This document shows positions 13,154 through 27,990 of a stretch of DNA of 64,000 nt, in pieces. Every line of letters begins with the position of its first letter. Within the stretch, counting starts at the first letter, position 1. Source of the stretch: Oikopleura dioica (Eukaryota > Animalia > Chordata); NCBI GenBank assembly GCA_907165135.1, contig OU015566.1, positions 9,052,001 to 9,116,000 of the forward strand, read 5' to 3'. Below the pieces are notes generated by a model. That model had not been told where the DNA came from. It saw nothing but the letters and a program-made list of their open reading frames with translations, and did not search any database. The position numbers were made by a program, and so were the translations under genes.

Positions 13154-13910
13154 CTGAAATACATAAAATGAGATTGAGAGACGATGATTGTTGAGGGTAG
13201 ATCTTGTTTGCCAGAACCTCTTTTCGGAAAAAAAAGAGCAAGGTTTATACTAACAGTTATCTAAATCTGAATTCGCGGAGCTAATCCATTAATTCCAAGA
13301 GCACCAATTTTCTCTCTCCGGGCCATTACCTCCTTATCGCTCCTTCTATCCTATGCTTACTATGGGGCTCTACATGTTATCAGTACCGGCTATTGATAAG
13401 CTCGACAGGAGATCGCCAGTCACGCGGTACGACTCGGGCGTATAGCGACCGTTTGGGCTCTGTCTTTCGCGTAATTGGATGAAACGCAGGCCGGACAAAC
13501 TGTTTTGACTTTGCTTTATTGAGCTCATCAGCCGCTCATCAGATTTGGACGAGGAAATCATAAGCTCAGAGTCTGATTTACCCCGTCAATGGAGCTCGTA
13601 GCGCACCTGTGCTCTGTTGCAAAAGTCATTTTGGCAACTAGTTTCAAAAGAACAAGAGAGAAGCGTTTATTTGGTGCGATTAACTATCGAAAAAGAAAAC
13701 TGGGTCCAGCTTTAACAGTAAGCCGCAGCGAACCTTTCAAGTGTTACAAGATAACAAAACATCAGCCAAATACGCGCCGTCATCGTTTTCGCGGGAAAAA
13801 GTTAACACGTAAAACATGAGGGTTCTTTGTAAATATCTGACAGCTCTTATGTCTACATCGATTTTCAATAATTAGAGCATCTGATGATTTTTAGCAGAGT
13901 TTTAGAGCCA

Positions 13911-15078
13911 CTATTTCGGTAGGTCAGTGCTGATTATCTTGAGATCAGGTTTGGCGAGTTCCACGAACTTGGCATTCGCGGTGACAGCTTTCTGAATGAT
14001 AAAAGCGACTCGTTCCCCGAGAGCGATCCCGGTTAATTTTCAACTAACTCGCTTCGCATTCTATCCTGACAGCGTTGATGAATTTTTGACAGCGCCTGTG
14101 AATAGCAACCAGCGCTGATGTTTTCTTCCGTCGGAAACAACGGAACATGCCCATGTTCATCCGTTTTCATGACGAAAGGAAAAAATGTCAAACAACGCGT
14201 TTGGGTACGTTTCGTTACCGGAAGAAAATGGCTGCGGCCGCCGTAATTTTCAGATTTTTTCAGAAAAAAACATTGTTTTGAAAATACGGATTCTGCGGTC
14301 AGAAATTGCCGATGAAACGGAAAAACTGTCACAAAATAAAAGTGGCGAATTATACCGGATACAGCGGTTTGCATTTGGGTCCAGTTTTTGCTGGGTAACT
14401 TTTTTTATAAAATGGCTAAAAAGTTCAGACCTTTTCTATTTTTTCTAAATGCTTCGAACACAAGCCCGGCTTATCGATTCACGTGTGCTTTTCAATTCGC
14501 TCATCTTCTTGTGCGGATTCGACGCTATTTGGTTTCATCGCAATGCGAGGACGAATTTAACACGGCGTAATCGGCCGTCAGCTCTCACTTTAGAACGGAT
14601 CAAGCTCATAACGGTGAGATCCGGGCGGTCGGACGCGCCAAATTTCCTCCGCTTTTGGCGAAAAATGAAATTTCCACGATCGGATAGAAGGTAAATACGA
14701 GTATCACTTCCCATAAGACAAAGGATTAAAAACAAGGATTACTTTGAATTTGATTCTTCTTGCAATTTGCAAATTACAATTTTGGAACTTGAAGTCTTGA
14801 GAACTGAATGAACGAAACAATTTTGGCTCGAGTTTCCGCGCCGTAATTGATGAGTTCAGAAGAGAAACAATTTGCTTGGAAAAATGGCAATCAACCTGAA
14901 GGTGATACCCCGGGTGGATAATCCGCTTGGATAATTTTTCTAGGCAGCTGAGAAGGTAGTCTAAGGAGACTTGGGAAAAAACTTGAGATGCGTCCCAATG
15001 CTTTAGAACTGAGCTGGGTGTGGCTTGGCTCCTATTTTTGGACAGAAGCTGGGAGAGACGGTGTTCATCAAAGGACAT
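13911..15078 (-). CDS. Hypothetical multi-exon protein
   Basis: ATG ORF 15078-14704 and a plausible terminal exon KAVTANAKFVELAKPDLKIISTDLPK*. Intermediate exons are not resolved. Confidence 0.3.
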
Positions 15079-18000
15079 TTACACTTCGCGTGTCAATTTG
15101 AAATTCTTTTCGGAATTGAGCGAAAAGATTCTGCATAAGAGAGAGAAACGTGTCCCTGACTGACCTGCTCAACCACAAAAAGGGGATGATAAAACCCTAC
15201 CCAGGTGTGGCTGAATTTGATTGTCATTAGACTCTCAAAGGGTCAGGGCCTAATCGCAAGAGACAGTCGGCATTGCTCGTTGTTCAGAAACCGGCCTGGG
15301 TAGGGCATTTGCTTGAAAAACTTTCCGGAAAGAAAAGTTCGCAAGTTTAAACTTCTAATTTCAAAATGATAACATCAATCCTTGCTTGGGTTTATACTCA
15401 AACGCTGGGGTTTCCATATCTAGCCGCCAACATATTTACTATTTTGGTAGGTGATGATGTGAGCGATCTCCAAATTGCTTTGAAAATAGAGCGTCGCAAG
15501 ACTTGGAGCATGTTGTCAAAACCAATACCGATGTCTTGAGTCGATATTAACAATATTTTTCGTTCATACGAAATCAGAAAAAAATTGGAAAACGAAACAG
15601 GGAATCAAAAAGGAGGCTAATTCCATTCATCGTTCAATTACCATTTTTCTTCCTAACTCGAAACTAGAATTCAAAAGAAAAGACGCGTCTAAGAAATTCT
15701 TCAAATCTCCGCCAGATTTCTTTGCTTTGTCAAATTTGAACTTTTGAAGAATTTTTCAAAGAAATTCCAAAGTAATCGAATATTCGAAAAAATCTTTGTT
15801 AACAAAGTTTTCATCGCCCTCTTCTTCACATTACAATAATTTGAGTTTCTCAATTTTTGGGCCGCAGGCGCTCCTTGATATAATATGAAAAAAGACGACT
15901 GAAGAAGAAGGGGTTGACAGGGGCCAGACGGCAAGTGTTTGAAATTTAGAAGGGCCTTGGCTTGGTATTGTTTACCAAAGAACACGTCTTCAAATTTTCT
16001 TCCTGTCAAAGCCTATCCATAATCCTTCGTGCCGAGCCACTCGATCTGGGAATTAGAGAAGGTCATGGATTTCAAACCATCCGGTTTTATTGAGGCTTTT
16101 TTCTAAGGCAGAAATCCGAGATTTCGACTTCAGCCTTAGATTAGTTATCACCTTGTTAGCTATTAGCCGAGATTCTGGTTACTGTTCTTTTGCCTGTAGC
16201 GACTGTCGACAAACGCTCCTTTCAATAAGATAAGGCTCGGACGCCGAAGCTTGAAGCTAACATTTTCAGAGATAACAACTTTAAAAGTCTTTTCGGAACA
16301 AAGAATTTTTTAGAACGAGAAAAATGACTCCGATAAGAAGATACTGTAAGTTCAGATTCGAAGAATGTTGGGTGTTTGACAAGAGTCGATCAGTAGAAAG
16401 TCGATTGAAAATCCGCCAAAAGAATGTTCCACAAGAATTCAGCTCTCGCCGAGCCTCTCATTACGAGCTTCCGCGCGCCTTAGCACGTCCCCAGTTGCGA
16501 ACCCTTAGAGACTCAAGGGTAACACTGCGAAATAAGGCCAGCTTATCCGCCAAGTGCTGAGAGGGGAGAGAAATTGTCTTCAGCTCGAAAATTACCGCGC
16601 ATGTCAGACGAGGACATAATGTGGCTCGTTTAGTCTTCGCTCTTGGTCAGGGCGACGCTTGACGCTCTGCGGTTTTGGGGTCAGCTTTTTCAAAATTTCA
16701 ATCTTTGTCTCGAAAAAAACTCTATTCTAAGCTGCAAAGAATGATCAAAATAAGACCACAGCAAAGATCGATAGACCAGTTTTTTCCGTAATGGCTCATA
16801 AGAGTCGCCATGTTGAATTTCGGTAAAGTGGGCAACGAAAAGAGGATCAAGGAGATTACTCTCTTTCCGCGAACTTTCCAACGTTGGGTATATTTTCCTC
16901 CCGTATGCATGATTATTATTGTTTGGCCTTTAAAATGGTACTCGAAGCTCCATTTCTCATCTCTTCTAATTATGAAGTTGAGCTGTTTTAACACTGCCAA
17001 ATATATCAACTGGCTTTTCTCTCCACCGTTGGATCATCCTTTAGCGGGAAAGCGGGTGGAAGCCCACACCGCAAAGTGACAGAAACACGACGAAACAAAT
17101 TTTCACATCCGCGAATTATGACGAGATGAGGATCTCTTTCCTGTCGAATCCGATTTGGGAATCAATTACACTCATCGAATTTGTAGCTCGCGATCACAAA
17201 ATGATCGAACAGCGGATCAAAAGATCTAATTTAATTCTAAAAGCTCATGTTCACCGGATCCAAGCACGGAAAAAATAACTTTTCGAAGAAGCACTCAACT
17301 TGATAAAAACTGACCATTGGTTAGGTTGGATTTCGAAGTCCGTGATTCTCTCTCCAAAAACCTCGAAAAAAGTGGATGTTCAACCGCATCCACTTGTTTC
17401 AAATGTCACCACATGGATGCGCGGGTACTGGAGCCTCTTTTCAAATCACGGCCGGGCATTAGATTATGCTCCGGAAAAGTGCGTGGCTAAATCACCGTCA
17501 CGTCGGCTTTTGGAAATACGGTAACCATGAGAGGAAAACGAGTACTTAAAGTGGCGCCATCAAATGTGAGCGAGGATCAGCCTCGTGACCTCGCTGTTTT
17601 AGAGTAATCACAAAGGGTTAAAATTTGCATTATGATGGTCTTGAATAATTGTTCCGTAACGGTGCCACAGAGAAATTCAAAATCCACGAGGGGGCTTGTA
17701 ATTCCCTCAAGAAGTTCAAGGACCGGTAGGACCGAGAAAACAGCGTTTCAGTACCTACCCTTGCGCCCTGGCCACAGAACGAAAACAAACCCGTTGAACG
17801 AGCGTCTTTTTTTATCGTTATTTTCCGCGGCTTATCGAAACTATCATTAGCCCAGCGCTCGCAGTTGTTGTGCAAATAGATCATGTGGTGGAACATTTTT
17901 TTGCTTTATAAAGAAATGATGGGGAGCAAAAATGGTAATAACCATGCCATGGTAGAGAAAGTCACGTTTGTTAGCATTTCTTTCGCGGTGAGAAAACTAT

Positions 18001-18327
18001 CTGCAACAAGGTCAAAACTCAATTTGAAAGAAAAAGGGAGAGGAAATGAAGACGTTGATGCTTTTGATGAAAAAGCTCTTTTACATACGGGTACATTTAC
18101 CGTGTCTTATTTCGGCTCGAGTTTCATCTGATTTGATGTTTTAATGGTTAACAACTTGATTCGACGACTTGATGCTGTATTTAACCGTTGGTTTTTCAAG
18201 TTAAACATCAGTTTTCAAGCAAGAAAACGTTCAAAAGAGGTTTAAAATTTGGTATTTTTAATGACGCGATAAAATAATGCACATAAAACAAGAGTGAAGT
18301 AATAAGTGACGAAGAAAGAGCGTTCTA

Positions 18328-18630
18328 ATGAGACAGGAACTTTCTGGTTCCTTTGGGAAGGAATCGACAACTACGGTATCTTCCTTGCTTCGGGAAGCGC
18401 ACGGACGGTCGAACATAAGATATGGCGTGCTCCGCGGCGCCACCGCACCATACAAGTTGTTCTGCAACTTCGTAAGAAAAAGGCCTTTGTTTTACATGGT
18501 GATTGGTTTACAATTAACAGGTATTGACGGATGGCTTCATTACAAGAAGCTACCGGGAGATTCGGTAGTCTTCCTTGATTTCGAAAAAGAACTAGCGGTT
18601 GGCAACACGGAAATGCGGGATGATCAATAG
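18328..18630 (+). CDS. Hypothetical exon pair
   Basis: Open frame with an internal GTAAG...ACAG micro-intron; protein-like sequence RSNIRYGVLRGATAPYKLFCN / GIDGWLHYKKLPGDSVVFLDFEKE. Confidence 0.3.
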   Translation: MRQELSGSFGKESTTTVSSLLREAHGRSNIRYGVLRGATAPYKLFCNFVRKRPLFYMVIGLQLTGIDGWLHYKKLPGDSVVFLDFEKELAVGNTEMRDDQ

Positions 18631-18799
18631 GGGGCTTCAATCATAGCAGCTACCGAAAGTGATTAATGATTTGCAAATCATAACTGAGAGTGATAACTCA
18701 GAGTTTTCTTGTTAACACGTTAATAGGGTTAACAAAAGAAAAACCACGGTTTTTTAGAATTCGCGAAAAAGATATTTTTAGACCTCCAAACATTGAAAA

Positions 18800-18963
18800 T
18801 TATTTTTCAGTTGATTGAGAGTGTCCAAAAATAGATTTCTCGTAAAGAAATTCTGGCAAAAAAAACTGAAAAAAGGAGTAAAAATGGTTGAAGTAAAATT
18901 CTTACCGGCATTTGTGCCGTCCAAAAGGGCGGCAAGCATGAGTACTGACGAAAAGAGCTTCAT
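18800..18963 (-). CDS. Candidate tiny secreted peptide (about 36 aa)
   Basis: Signal-peptide-like exon MKLFSSVLMLAALLDGTNA ends at GTAAG (18905). A pyrimidine-rich CAG acceptor gives EFLYEKSIFGHSQSTEK*. Confidence 0.35.
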
Positions 18964-21900
18964 TTTTCAAGAAGGTTCTTTTCTTCGATTCTGTTCTGTG
19001 TTATGTTTCAAATTCTGTTTGTGTGTTTAGTAATCTCTCTGTTATTGAGCTCGTAATCTTTCGATTGGCGAGTCTTCAATTCTTCTTGAGTTCTTTCGAC
19101 GATCTCTAGTTTTTTGCAGATCTTGGTCGATCACTGAGAATGATCAGTGATGAATTCAAGCGTGGTTGACCACGGTTGGGTTATAAAAAAGAAAGGTTAG
19201 GTTAAGAGAACCCAAAAGCTATTCAGGCGAATTTCAGCCCGAACAAGTTTCTTCGCAGAGGTCTCTCAAAGTACCAAAAAAAGCAAAACGTAATTTTTCC
19301 CCATCACCTTCGATGGGGAAGCGCCGCGGGCTCGCCGCATGCTGGCGCGCGCGAGGCAGCACCACCACCAGCATCACCGCCATCCACGCTGCTGCTGGTG
19401 GACCAGCTAGTAGATCCTAGAGTAGCTATAAAAGTGGATTTATTTAAAGCACAAGACAACGAATAATAATGCGGTTGAACGAGACGGGCAATTTTCCGCG
19501 TTGGAAAAGTTGTTCCTCGTAAGAAGCAATTTGCGACGCGGAGCTAAGGCTTTCGTAAGAGTCGGCCACAGCTCTTCCGAGCGGTATCTTTTTTACAGAT
19601 CGTATATAAATAACCATTAGGAGCCGCAGAGGATGTTTTCTCAAATAATTTTTATGATCTGGTCGGAATTTTATTCGATAAGACCATGGAAGACTAGGAA
19701 ATATCAATTTCAAATTGATGAAAGGTTTTATGATAATCATGGTAATGATGTTTACTGTTCCTCTTTCGCGTAAATAAGAAACCATAATTCTCATTTTTGA
19801 ATTGCACATTTGTAATAAAATGAATAATTAGGTTCGATTCCAGTCTCAAATCATTATTATTACCATTTTTTTGGAAGCCGCTCCGTGACAAGGTTTTCAT
19901 AATTTCGATATAAATCTAAATAACTGTTTCAAAAACCGCTAGAAAGATGTACGTATTTACGTCCAAATGCCAAATGTCTTTTTTCTGTAGTCATCTTTCT
20001 AAAACAGCTCAAATACCTCAAAATAAGCTGGAGTAACATTCCAGGCATGGATGCTGCAAATATGTTAATCACCAAAATACGCTAATGAGAAGGAAGAGTC
20101 AAGCTGAGCCAGCTTGGCCAGGACAGGGGTTACGGTCAACTTTTCGTTTAGCCTCGGGTAAGGCTTAAATTTACATTTTACAAAAAGCTTCATCCATTTG
20201 ATCGATCTTGGGTTACTGGCTAGGTGGAGCAAAGGAGCGAGGGCGAGCAATCACGAGAGAGGGACCTCGCTGGCCGTAACCCGCCGGGCTACCGCTGGTA
20301 AAGTGCTTTGGGTGGAGAATTCTGAACAAATTCGACGAGATTAGTCCCAGCACACAGCTCACACTGTACTTTCTGCCAGCTAGCAAAATGGATTGCGGCG
20401 GAGGCAAAGCTTTTTCAAGACTAATGTCGTCTTCTTTCTAAACCGGATTAATAATCATCCTCTTATGCACCGATTAGATTGGCTTTTTAGAGCTTTGTAT
20501 TCAAAGCCAAGACCTTGAACTAAAATTGAGTCTGATTAAATACCCCCTTTTTCGTTGAATTTTGCGAAATTTCAAATTTGAAAGTTCATTTGCTGGAGTT
20601 CTTCTAAATTGACGAAGGTTTGTTGTGATCGAAATTCCGAGCAAGGAGTCTTTTGGAGCTGGATCGATATTTGTTGTGCGGGGCAAGAGTTCATTCCTTC
20701 ACGGCTCAACATTTCTGCCTCATCAATACACAACGTGCTCCTCTCATAGTTCCACTAGACCTTTCTGTTGAGAATACAAAGATGGCAAGTGCACAAAAAG
20801 AAACACTCGATTATAATAATCCGATTATAAGTTACTTTTCAGCAGTTAAAATGGTAGAAAAGTATACTTCAATACCAATTCAAGTCTGTTTGTTTTCGAC
20901 AAAATAATGACGCGTGCTTGTCGCCGACTTTTAATTGATAAACTAAATGCTCGTAACATAAGTTTCTCTCTCCCGTGATAGTAAAATTGAGCTCTCCTTC
21001 CGGTATCAGATAAGTCCTACTTTTCTGCGCTCTAAGATAGCCGCCGTGCGCAAAAGATAGCTAAGCGTATAATTTCTGACGAATCTTCAACTTGGGCCTT
21101 CACGTGCTCCAAGCTTGCGTTTTGCAAATTACTGTTTTTACTCAACCGGCGACCGCCAAACTGGCTGTTTCAGAAAACGATCCATATTGAAAATCAACAC
21201 GTATTTTTTGGAGAATTGACACAGTAACTGGTCATTTAACAGTATCTGAAGCTAGATTAAAGCGTCTCCCTTGGTAGCGATGTTTATATAAATAGAACGG
21301 GACACTTGAGATAAAATTTTTAAAACGTTTCTCGAGAGCTTTTGTGACCGTTGTGTCCCGATTTTTAAGCGATGACACCCTTAAACGTTAAACGACCTGA
21401 AAATGCGAACTTAGAGAGGTCCTACTGCCCCGGTGCAAGTAGAGTGGACATCCTTTTAATGAGTTTGTTACGGTAATTCGTTGCTTTCGATTCTAATCTG
21501 AGCAAATCGATGACCTTTGTGTTTGATAGTGAGCTTGAAATCAAAAATTCAAGAGAAAAAGTATGGTTACTTTTACAACAAGTTCTTTGTTAAAGTCTCG
21601 TTGCATAACAAATTCGCCTTTGCCATCCATTAAACGATTCGCGCGAAGTTTTCTTGTGTCGTCTTCAAACTTCCATGCTTATCCTAAAATGAACATTTGC
21701 AACGATGACGATTTTTCAAATCTCCAAATCAGGAATCATAGATGATTTGTTCAGATGCTCATTTGCATCGTTTCAAAATGAGATTTGAAAATTTTCATTG
21801 CTACAAATTTGGCATTTTTGCGACGTTTTGTCGCAATTTTATTTCTTTCAATATTATTCGATTGAAGCATCCGCATTTAGAATGTTTCCAAAACCAACAA

Positions 21901-24900
21901 GAAAAGAACTAATTGTTATTCAATTATTTACAATGACCGATCTGGGTTCCCCGTACTCCAGACCGATCCATGTTTTCAAACAATTACGAGGGCTCACTAG
22001 AAAGTGATAATTTTCGACCTTTTTCCCCGAAGAGGTTAACTCCCATGACGTGCTTGCTCAGCCGCTACTCGCAACACGGATGGACTCGATCATTATAAGT
22101 TAAGCCAATTTCGAGTGTGCGGGTTAGAAGCTCAAATCAGCGCGGCGGCGACTAATCTCATCCCTTTTCATCAGGTGCGACGAGAAAAGTGAGACATTAT
22201 TTGCACAACTGAAACTAGGCTCCAAAAGGTTATGTCATGCAGCGACGGGTTAGAGGCGCAAACGCTAGAATTTATAATTAGCGCTTCGCATTATGCTGGC
22301 AACTGTGTCATAATTTGAGAGGTTATGCAAAGCAATAGTAGATGGAAACGACGAAAGTGAGTGGGCTTGAAACAATTGGAGTAGTGTCTCTCAAGTTCGA
22401 GTGCGTGGGAAACCGCTAACCGACCCTTTGCACGAGCACAATTCTAATTCTAGCGGCCGCGGAGAATGAGACAATCCAGTTCACTTCTCAAAAATGTCTC
22501 ACCAAAAGTCTCTCCACTTGAATGTGACCAGATATCGTTATTGTGGGTTCAAAATTATCGATTTAGCTAAATTCTTTTCTTCTTAAAAAGTTCATTCTCC
22601 TGAAGTTACGAGATCTGATGAAGAACTGACGTGTATTCAGGGTCGCAGCCTTTCTGTTTTCAATGTAAATATGTTTTGAAAACAGAGCTGAGCGAAAAGT
22701 GTTTTCATGCAAAGGCTGATCACGAGTTCCGAATTAATCTGAGTTCGATGTATTTTTTTTTTAAATGAAAAATCATCGAATCCAAAAGTCGTCTGCAATT
22801 TTCGCTCTTCGATTCTAGGGGCAGTTATGTGTTCCTTGGTTGATCATTTAGCCCAGCTAATAGCGGTCTTTAATTCGACCTCGCTCCGTCGCTAAATCTT
22901 CCCGTAATCGCTACTGTTGAGGTTCACGATGTTTTCAGTAAGCACCTCTCAGACCAAACAGAGCAGGGCTAAAGGCACCCTCGTCCATGTTCCCTTAATC
23001 CAGCAATAGTCCTCTACTTACAGAACTATAAAAAGATGCTTTCTTATCCTTGAGAAGTGAATGATGGGATCGAAGATTCTCAGAAGACTTTCCAAAAATT
23101 GAGTTCATTTCCACGTGAAAAATTTGCGCAAAAATGAAGGGTGTGGTCGATAACTTTCGCGGCGGTGTTCGTCGGTCTGTGCGAAGTGGGAGCTTCACCA
23201 ACTTATGCAAATTGGTTTGTAAAAAGGTGATGTAACTCATCTTGTTCCGAGCAGAGTCTTCAGACAAAAGATAAAGTGAAGCATTTTTAATAAAGAAAAA
23301 AATATATTGCCGGCCCTTTTATTTTATCAAAGAAGTATGAGGTCAAGCTGGGTTAGTTGTGGACACACAGGTCTCTTGAACCAAGTACCGGCATGCGGTT
23401 TTTTTCTAGTCGAAGCTAAAGAGGCTCTTCTCTGCACGTGGTACTTTTGATCTTTTTCTTGACAATCGCTGTTGGTGCTTGAGATTTTACTAAGTCCAGT
23501 TTTAGATGCTGTTTTGAGGATGTCGATAGCTTATCAATTGCAAGGATCTTGAAAACGTAGGTAACTCAACAGAGTGATTTTTAGGAATAATAAGTTGATG
23601 ACAAAAATAAATTGTCGAATTTCTAAATACAACATTATTCAAGCGCGTAATAATAGCGGCACTCAAGCTAACTTGAATCTAAAGAAGAAGGGAGAGTAAC
23701 AACTCAACCCAAAAGAAGCGAAAATGCAAAATGCAAAAAGGAGGGGCTCTCGGCGCCGCTTAAATCCGCTCAGCTGAAACACGAGAAAGCCAAGGATAAG
23801 CCGCAACAGAAAACTTGGGCGCGAGAAGCGTTCCGTGAAACACTTTCGCCTCGAAGGAGTCCAAAGTTGCTGCTTATTTGTTATCATCAAGTTTTGAGTG
23901 ATGCTTACTTAGGTTAAAGAATGCGTGTTTACTTCAAATCAGCGCTGAATTCTTCTGAAAAAGGTGGACAAAAAAACACGACTTACAAGGGTTTTCGCAA
24001 TTCTTGAGACAATTCGTGCCGCGTTGTCACGTGATAAAATACCCCAACCGAGGCGAGTATTCTGAATAACAAGCTCTCAGAAAACACGATGCTCTGTAGT
24101 ACTTTGTCACTCACTTGAACCTATTCACGAGAAGCTGGTGTCAAAAAAGGTTAATATTATTCAACACTACAAATTTTATAAAGCCACTAATTGAATGAAA
24201 TGAACGATAAATGATGTGCAGAAACATCAACGCTGACATCTCCGTGTGACATTTCGGCTGATCCTGTGGTCGTCAAGATCAATACCAAGTTTAACTCACC
24301 GCGGCACATGTTTCTTACGTCTCAAGAATATTACTCCCCCCCCACGGCTAAACTGTAGTACTGGTGATTTGTATTCAAGAATTTTCAATTAATTTCTTCC
24401 CAGCGGCAAGCTTGATTGATTGGTAGATAAACACATTAGGGAATAATTACCTTCTGTTTAACTTGATTGATTTAACACTGCTAAGCTCTGGTAAATATTA
24501 TTAATTAATGAGTTTAAGCCAAAAATATTTAAGTATGTAACACTTGTCGTTTGAAGATTTAGAACTACACTGTTTACGGATAATTTTGTAAAGCAATTAT
24601 CGTGAGCTACTTCGTTTCCAAATGCACTCGACATGAATTAATAGATGTTTTATTTTAACAAACAAAGCATTCTCGGAAATCGAAATATTCTAAAAAGCTT
24701 TTGATCCATTTACATTTATGCAGCAGCTGATAGAAACTGGACGCGGGTTGTGCATAAATTACGCAAAACTTGATTAAACAAGTGTTTCAAAAGCTGGAAT
24801 ACAGTTTTACCAGAAAGCGACTGTACGAACAACGCACTTGACATTTCGAGGAATTAACATTGTTTCACCGGTATTAATTACGATTATTTTCCAACCCATC

Positions 24901-26096
24901 CGTAATTGAGGCGTTATTAATCTGGTTTAGATGGAACTATTTGATTCTACACCAACTTAGATACCATACTAATCTAAATCGAAGAGTCTGATAAATTCAG
25001 CGGCAGTGGACTAGCTCTGAAAAAATATTCAAAAGAAGGATTTCAAAAAGCCGGATTATCCGGCCCGGATATTCGTTAATCCCATGTGTGAAATTCAGAA
25101 CATATCTTGCCCATGTTAAGATCGGGAATCATTACGTAGCGTGATATTTGATTTTGCGCCCAGCGACAGAAGTTTCGGTCGCAATTTGGATTGGACTCGG
25201 AGTTAGTGACCGCAGTTGGATTTAGAGAGACTCAGAGTTTTAAGGCGTCTTCACACGTGATGAAGAAAGAAAAAAGGGGAATTTAATTTGATTATACGTG
25301 AAAAAAAATAAAAAAATCAGCTTTTTTGATGTCTTATTTGTCGAGTTAAAGGTCTTCAACTTCGTTGAAATATTAATAAAATGACAAAAGTGTTCATGAA
25401 AACCCATCTGGCCTGGATAAGAAGGAGTGTCAGATAATTGACGAACAGAGTAGTCGTTCGAAAGTCGACTTTCTCTGAAACTTTGCACTTGAACCACGTC
25501 GCTCAACACTTGAACATATTTTTGGCGGATCATTGCAATAAGCACTTGCTTGTTGAATTACACAACCGGTTGGTAAAACGGGAAAAAGCTCAAATCGGCT
25601 AAACAGGGCAAAAGAAGGGGTACAAAGTTACAAATGTGCTCCTTTTCTTCTGAACTCGGAATTCCGCGTTCAAGTCATTTCAGAGTATGATTGAAATAAT
25701 GCATCTTTTTTTCAGAGAGACACTAATTGTCTGATCAACTAAATGATGGTGGGGTAGCGAGTCATTCTTCGGAAGCCAATGACAAGAAAATTGTTTCACA
25801 CGCCGCATCTGCACTAGAATCAATCACGTTCTTGTTCGAAAGAACCGTACTTGACTTACAGCAGAGAATTATAATTTGTTGATTTTCTAAACCTTGCATT
25901 ACATACTGCACCTGCTTGTTTTGTGCATTTCTGCTGACAAAAGTTTCGAGTTGCTCCTTTATTGCTTCCTGAGGTACAACTTTGAATTTTGATGCGCATA
26001 CTTTTTAAAGGCGGAATTTTCCGCACTTGGGAATCTTCGGCTTACGACTTTTCGGATTTATTGTAATATTCGTGGCAATAGTCAAATTTATATCTT

Positions 26097-26805
26097 CTAC
26101 TTCTTCTGATTTTCTTCCCAGAAGGTTCGCGCTGAACGGAATGAAGAAGTGCTGCGAACAATTTCTTCTTTCGGAGCTATTTTCTAGTTGTTAAATTATA
26201 TTTGATAAAAATCATTACCAGTTTCTCTTATGTTGCCACCTTTCTGAAATCTTTCTATATTCTTCTTTAGCTCTTCTTTGTGCAGAAGAGCACCAATGCT
26301 TGACTGTGATCGGATTAAATTTTTGGATGGATGTGCAGTTAGTTTTTGGGTTTCTGGAATTTCGGGTACACGGAGTTTCGGACGTTTTGGAATTTCTGGT
26401 TTAGGGCGCTTGGGAACTTCTGGTGCTGGACGCTTCTTCAGTATCTCTGGCTTCTTTCTTTCAATTCTTATGTTTCTTTTAGAGGGTCCGGCCTTGAAAA
26501 CTCATGAAAAAATATAACAGGTTCTTACATACATTCATAGACTGTAATGATTTAGTTAGTTCGTTTATTTCCGATTTTAGTTGCTGGTTCTCGATTTTCA
26601 GATTTCGAATTTGCTCCGTCTGTTGATTGAAACCATGCCGAAGAGGGTAAACAACCTTTTCTAGTTCATAGATTCGAGCATTTGCCCGATTGATTTGACT
26701 CTGTGTTGGGTTTTCGTTTTGCTTTGCATCATATTCGTTCAAATCTATTGCTCTCCAATCACCCAGGGTGCTCTCACTGACTGTTGTTGAGGAATCGTCA
26801 GCCAT
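26097..26805 (-). CDS. Hypothetical protein with coiled-coil and Pro/Lys/Arg repeats (3 exons)
   Basis: ATG ORF 26805, GTATG donor, exon with KRPAPEVPKRPKPEIPKRPKLRVPEIP, and terminal exon KIAPKEEIVRSTSSFRSARTFWEENQKK*. Confidence 0.6.
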
Positions 26806-27559
26806 CTCTTACTACACAATAATAAAACCACGTGATATTTGGAATTGCTTCACTGTCCGTGTTTCAATGATAGAATGCCAGAAGCAAGACCATCCATCAT
26901 GGAAAATCTTTGTTTTTTTTTTGTCTAAATTAAAATTTCTTTAATTATATTGAATGCTGAAAATGCTAATTTGAACATTTAACAATTTCAAAAATTGGAT
27001 TTGGTTCCAAAAATACTTTTCAGTTGTGTAAAACATACTTTGAACGCTTGTGGCAAAATACGATGAGGTGTTCTAAACTGTCCAATTTCAAATGAAAGAA
27101 CGAAAAGCGATACCGGTTTCACCGTCAATAAACCCCGAACTGATTAACAACTAAGTCTACTCAAGATTAATGAGAAGACACCATGCTTCTAGTTTTCACG
27201 TTATTCTGTTTTTGCTGATCTTGTTTGAGAAATCCTCAAGTCATAAAAGTATGCTAATTTTGATCAGATACAGTCGACTCGTACTTTGTCTAATGATAAA
27301 CATTCCGTTCAATGCAAATCTGGGTTCCTGCGATCTTCGCAAATTACTTAAAAATTGAGTGGTTTTAAGTAAACAAACCGTCAAATTAAACCTGAACACA
27401 CGAGCTCTTGGAAAAGGGCTTTCGTTTAGGGGGATTTCAGATTTTTCTATAGCTGAGCTTTTATTTGCCCAAGCATGGGTGCGTCGTATGCAATTTCAGG
27501 AATACAAGTAAGAATTCAAGTAGTATCGCTTCGTCCAATGTACAACAAGTTAAACCTAA

Positions 27560-27990
27560 AAACACGAGGCTCTTGGGAAGGACTTCATTAAGGTGAAGAA
27601 TTTCGGACTTGCCCAGGGCAGTTTCGGGATTGATGAACAAGTCGATTAGCTCCTTGGTGCGACTCCACCTCTACTGCACTAGAAACGAGCTGCGAACGAA
27701 CTGGCACTTCTTGGCTTGCTTAAATTTGTCTCAACAAAGTGAGGTGCCAATCTTCTGAAAAAGAAAACGTCTGATAGCAGTAAAGCTAGAAAGTCTCTTG
27801 CTCGGAAAAACGCATCATCAAGCGGTCGGCTTATCTAGCGGCACAGGATCTTTGAAAGCTCGAGACAGAGTCGTTTTGAAACAACGTTGTTTACTCGCCA
27901 TTCCCAATCTTGTTTTTCTTCGTCTTTCAGGATCAGCCGAAGCGGTAATCAAGCTTTCCTACTCGCGCTTGCTCTCTGAACACTCGCACT
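27560..27990 (-). other. Coding-like fragments, unresolved gene or pseudogene
   Basis: Protein-like segments LPLRLILKDEEKQDWEWRVNNVVSKRLCLELSKIL and RTKELIDLFINPETALGKSEILHLNEVLPKSL are separated by stops. Confidence 0.25.

Noticed and set aside
17880-18630. Resemblance to ionotropic glutamate receptor M3/S2 segments (IMWWNIF; IRYGVLRG)
   Set aside because: There is no SYTANLAAF-like motif and no joinable gene model.
19444-19809. HK..PLR-like words suggesting a Penelope-type reverse transcriptase
   Set aside because: No YxDD or other RT motifs are nearby, so the resemblance is too short to support.
25052-25066. Short palindrome GCCGGATTATCCGGC
   Set aside because: It is an isolated 6-bp stem with no supporting context.
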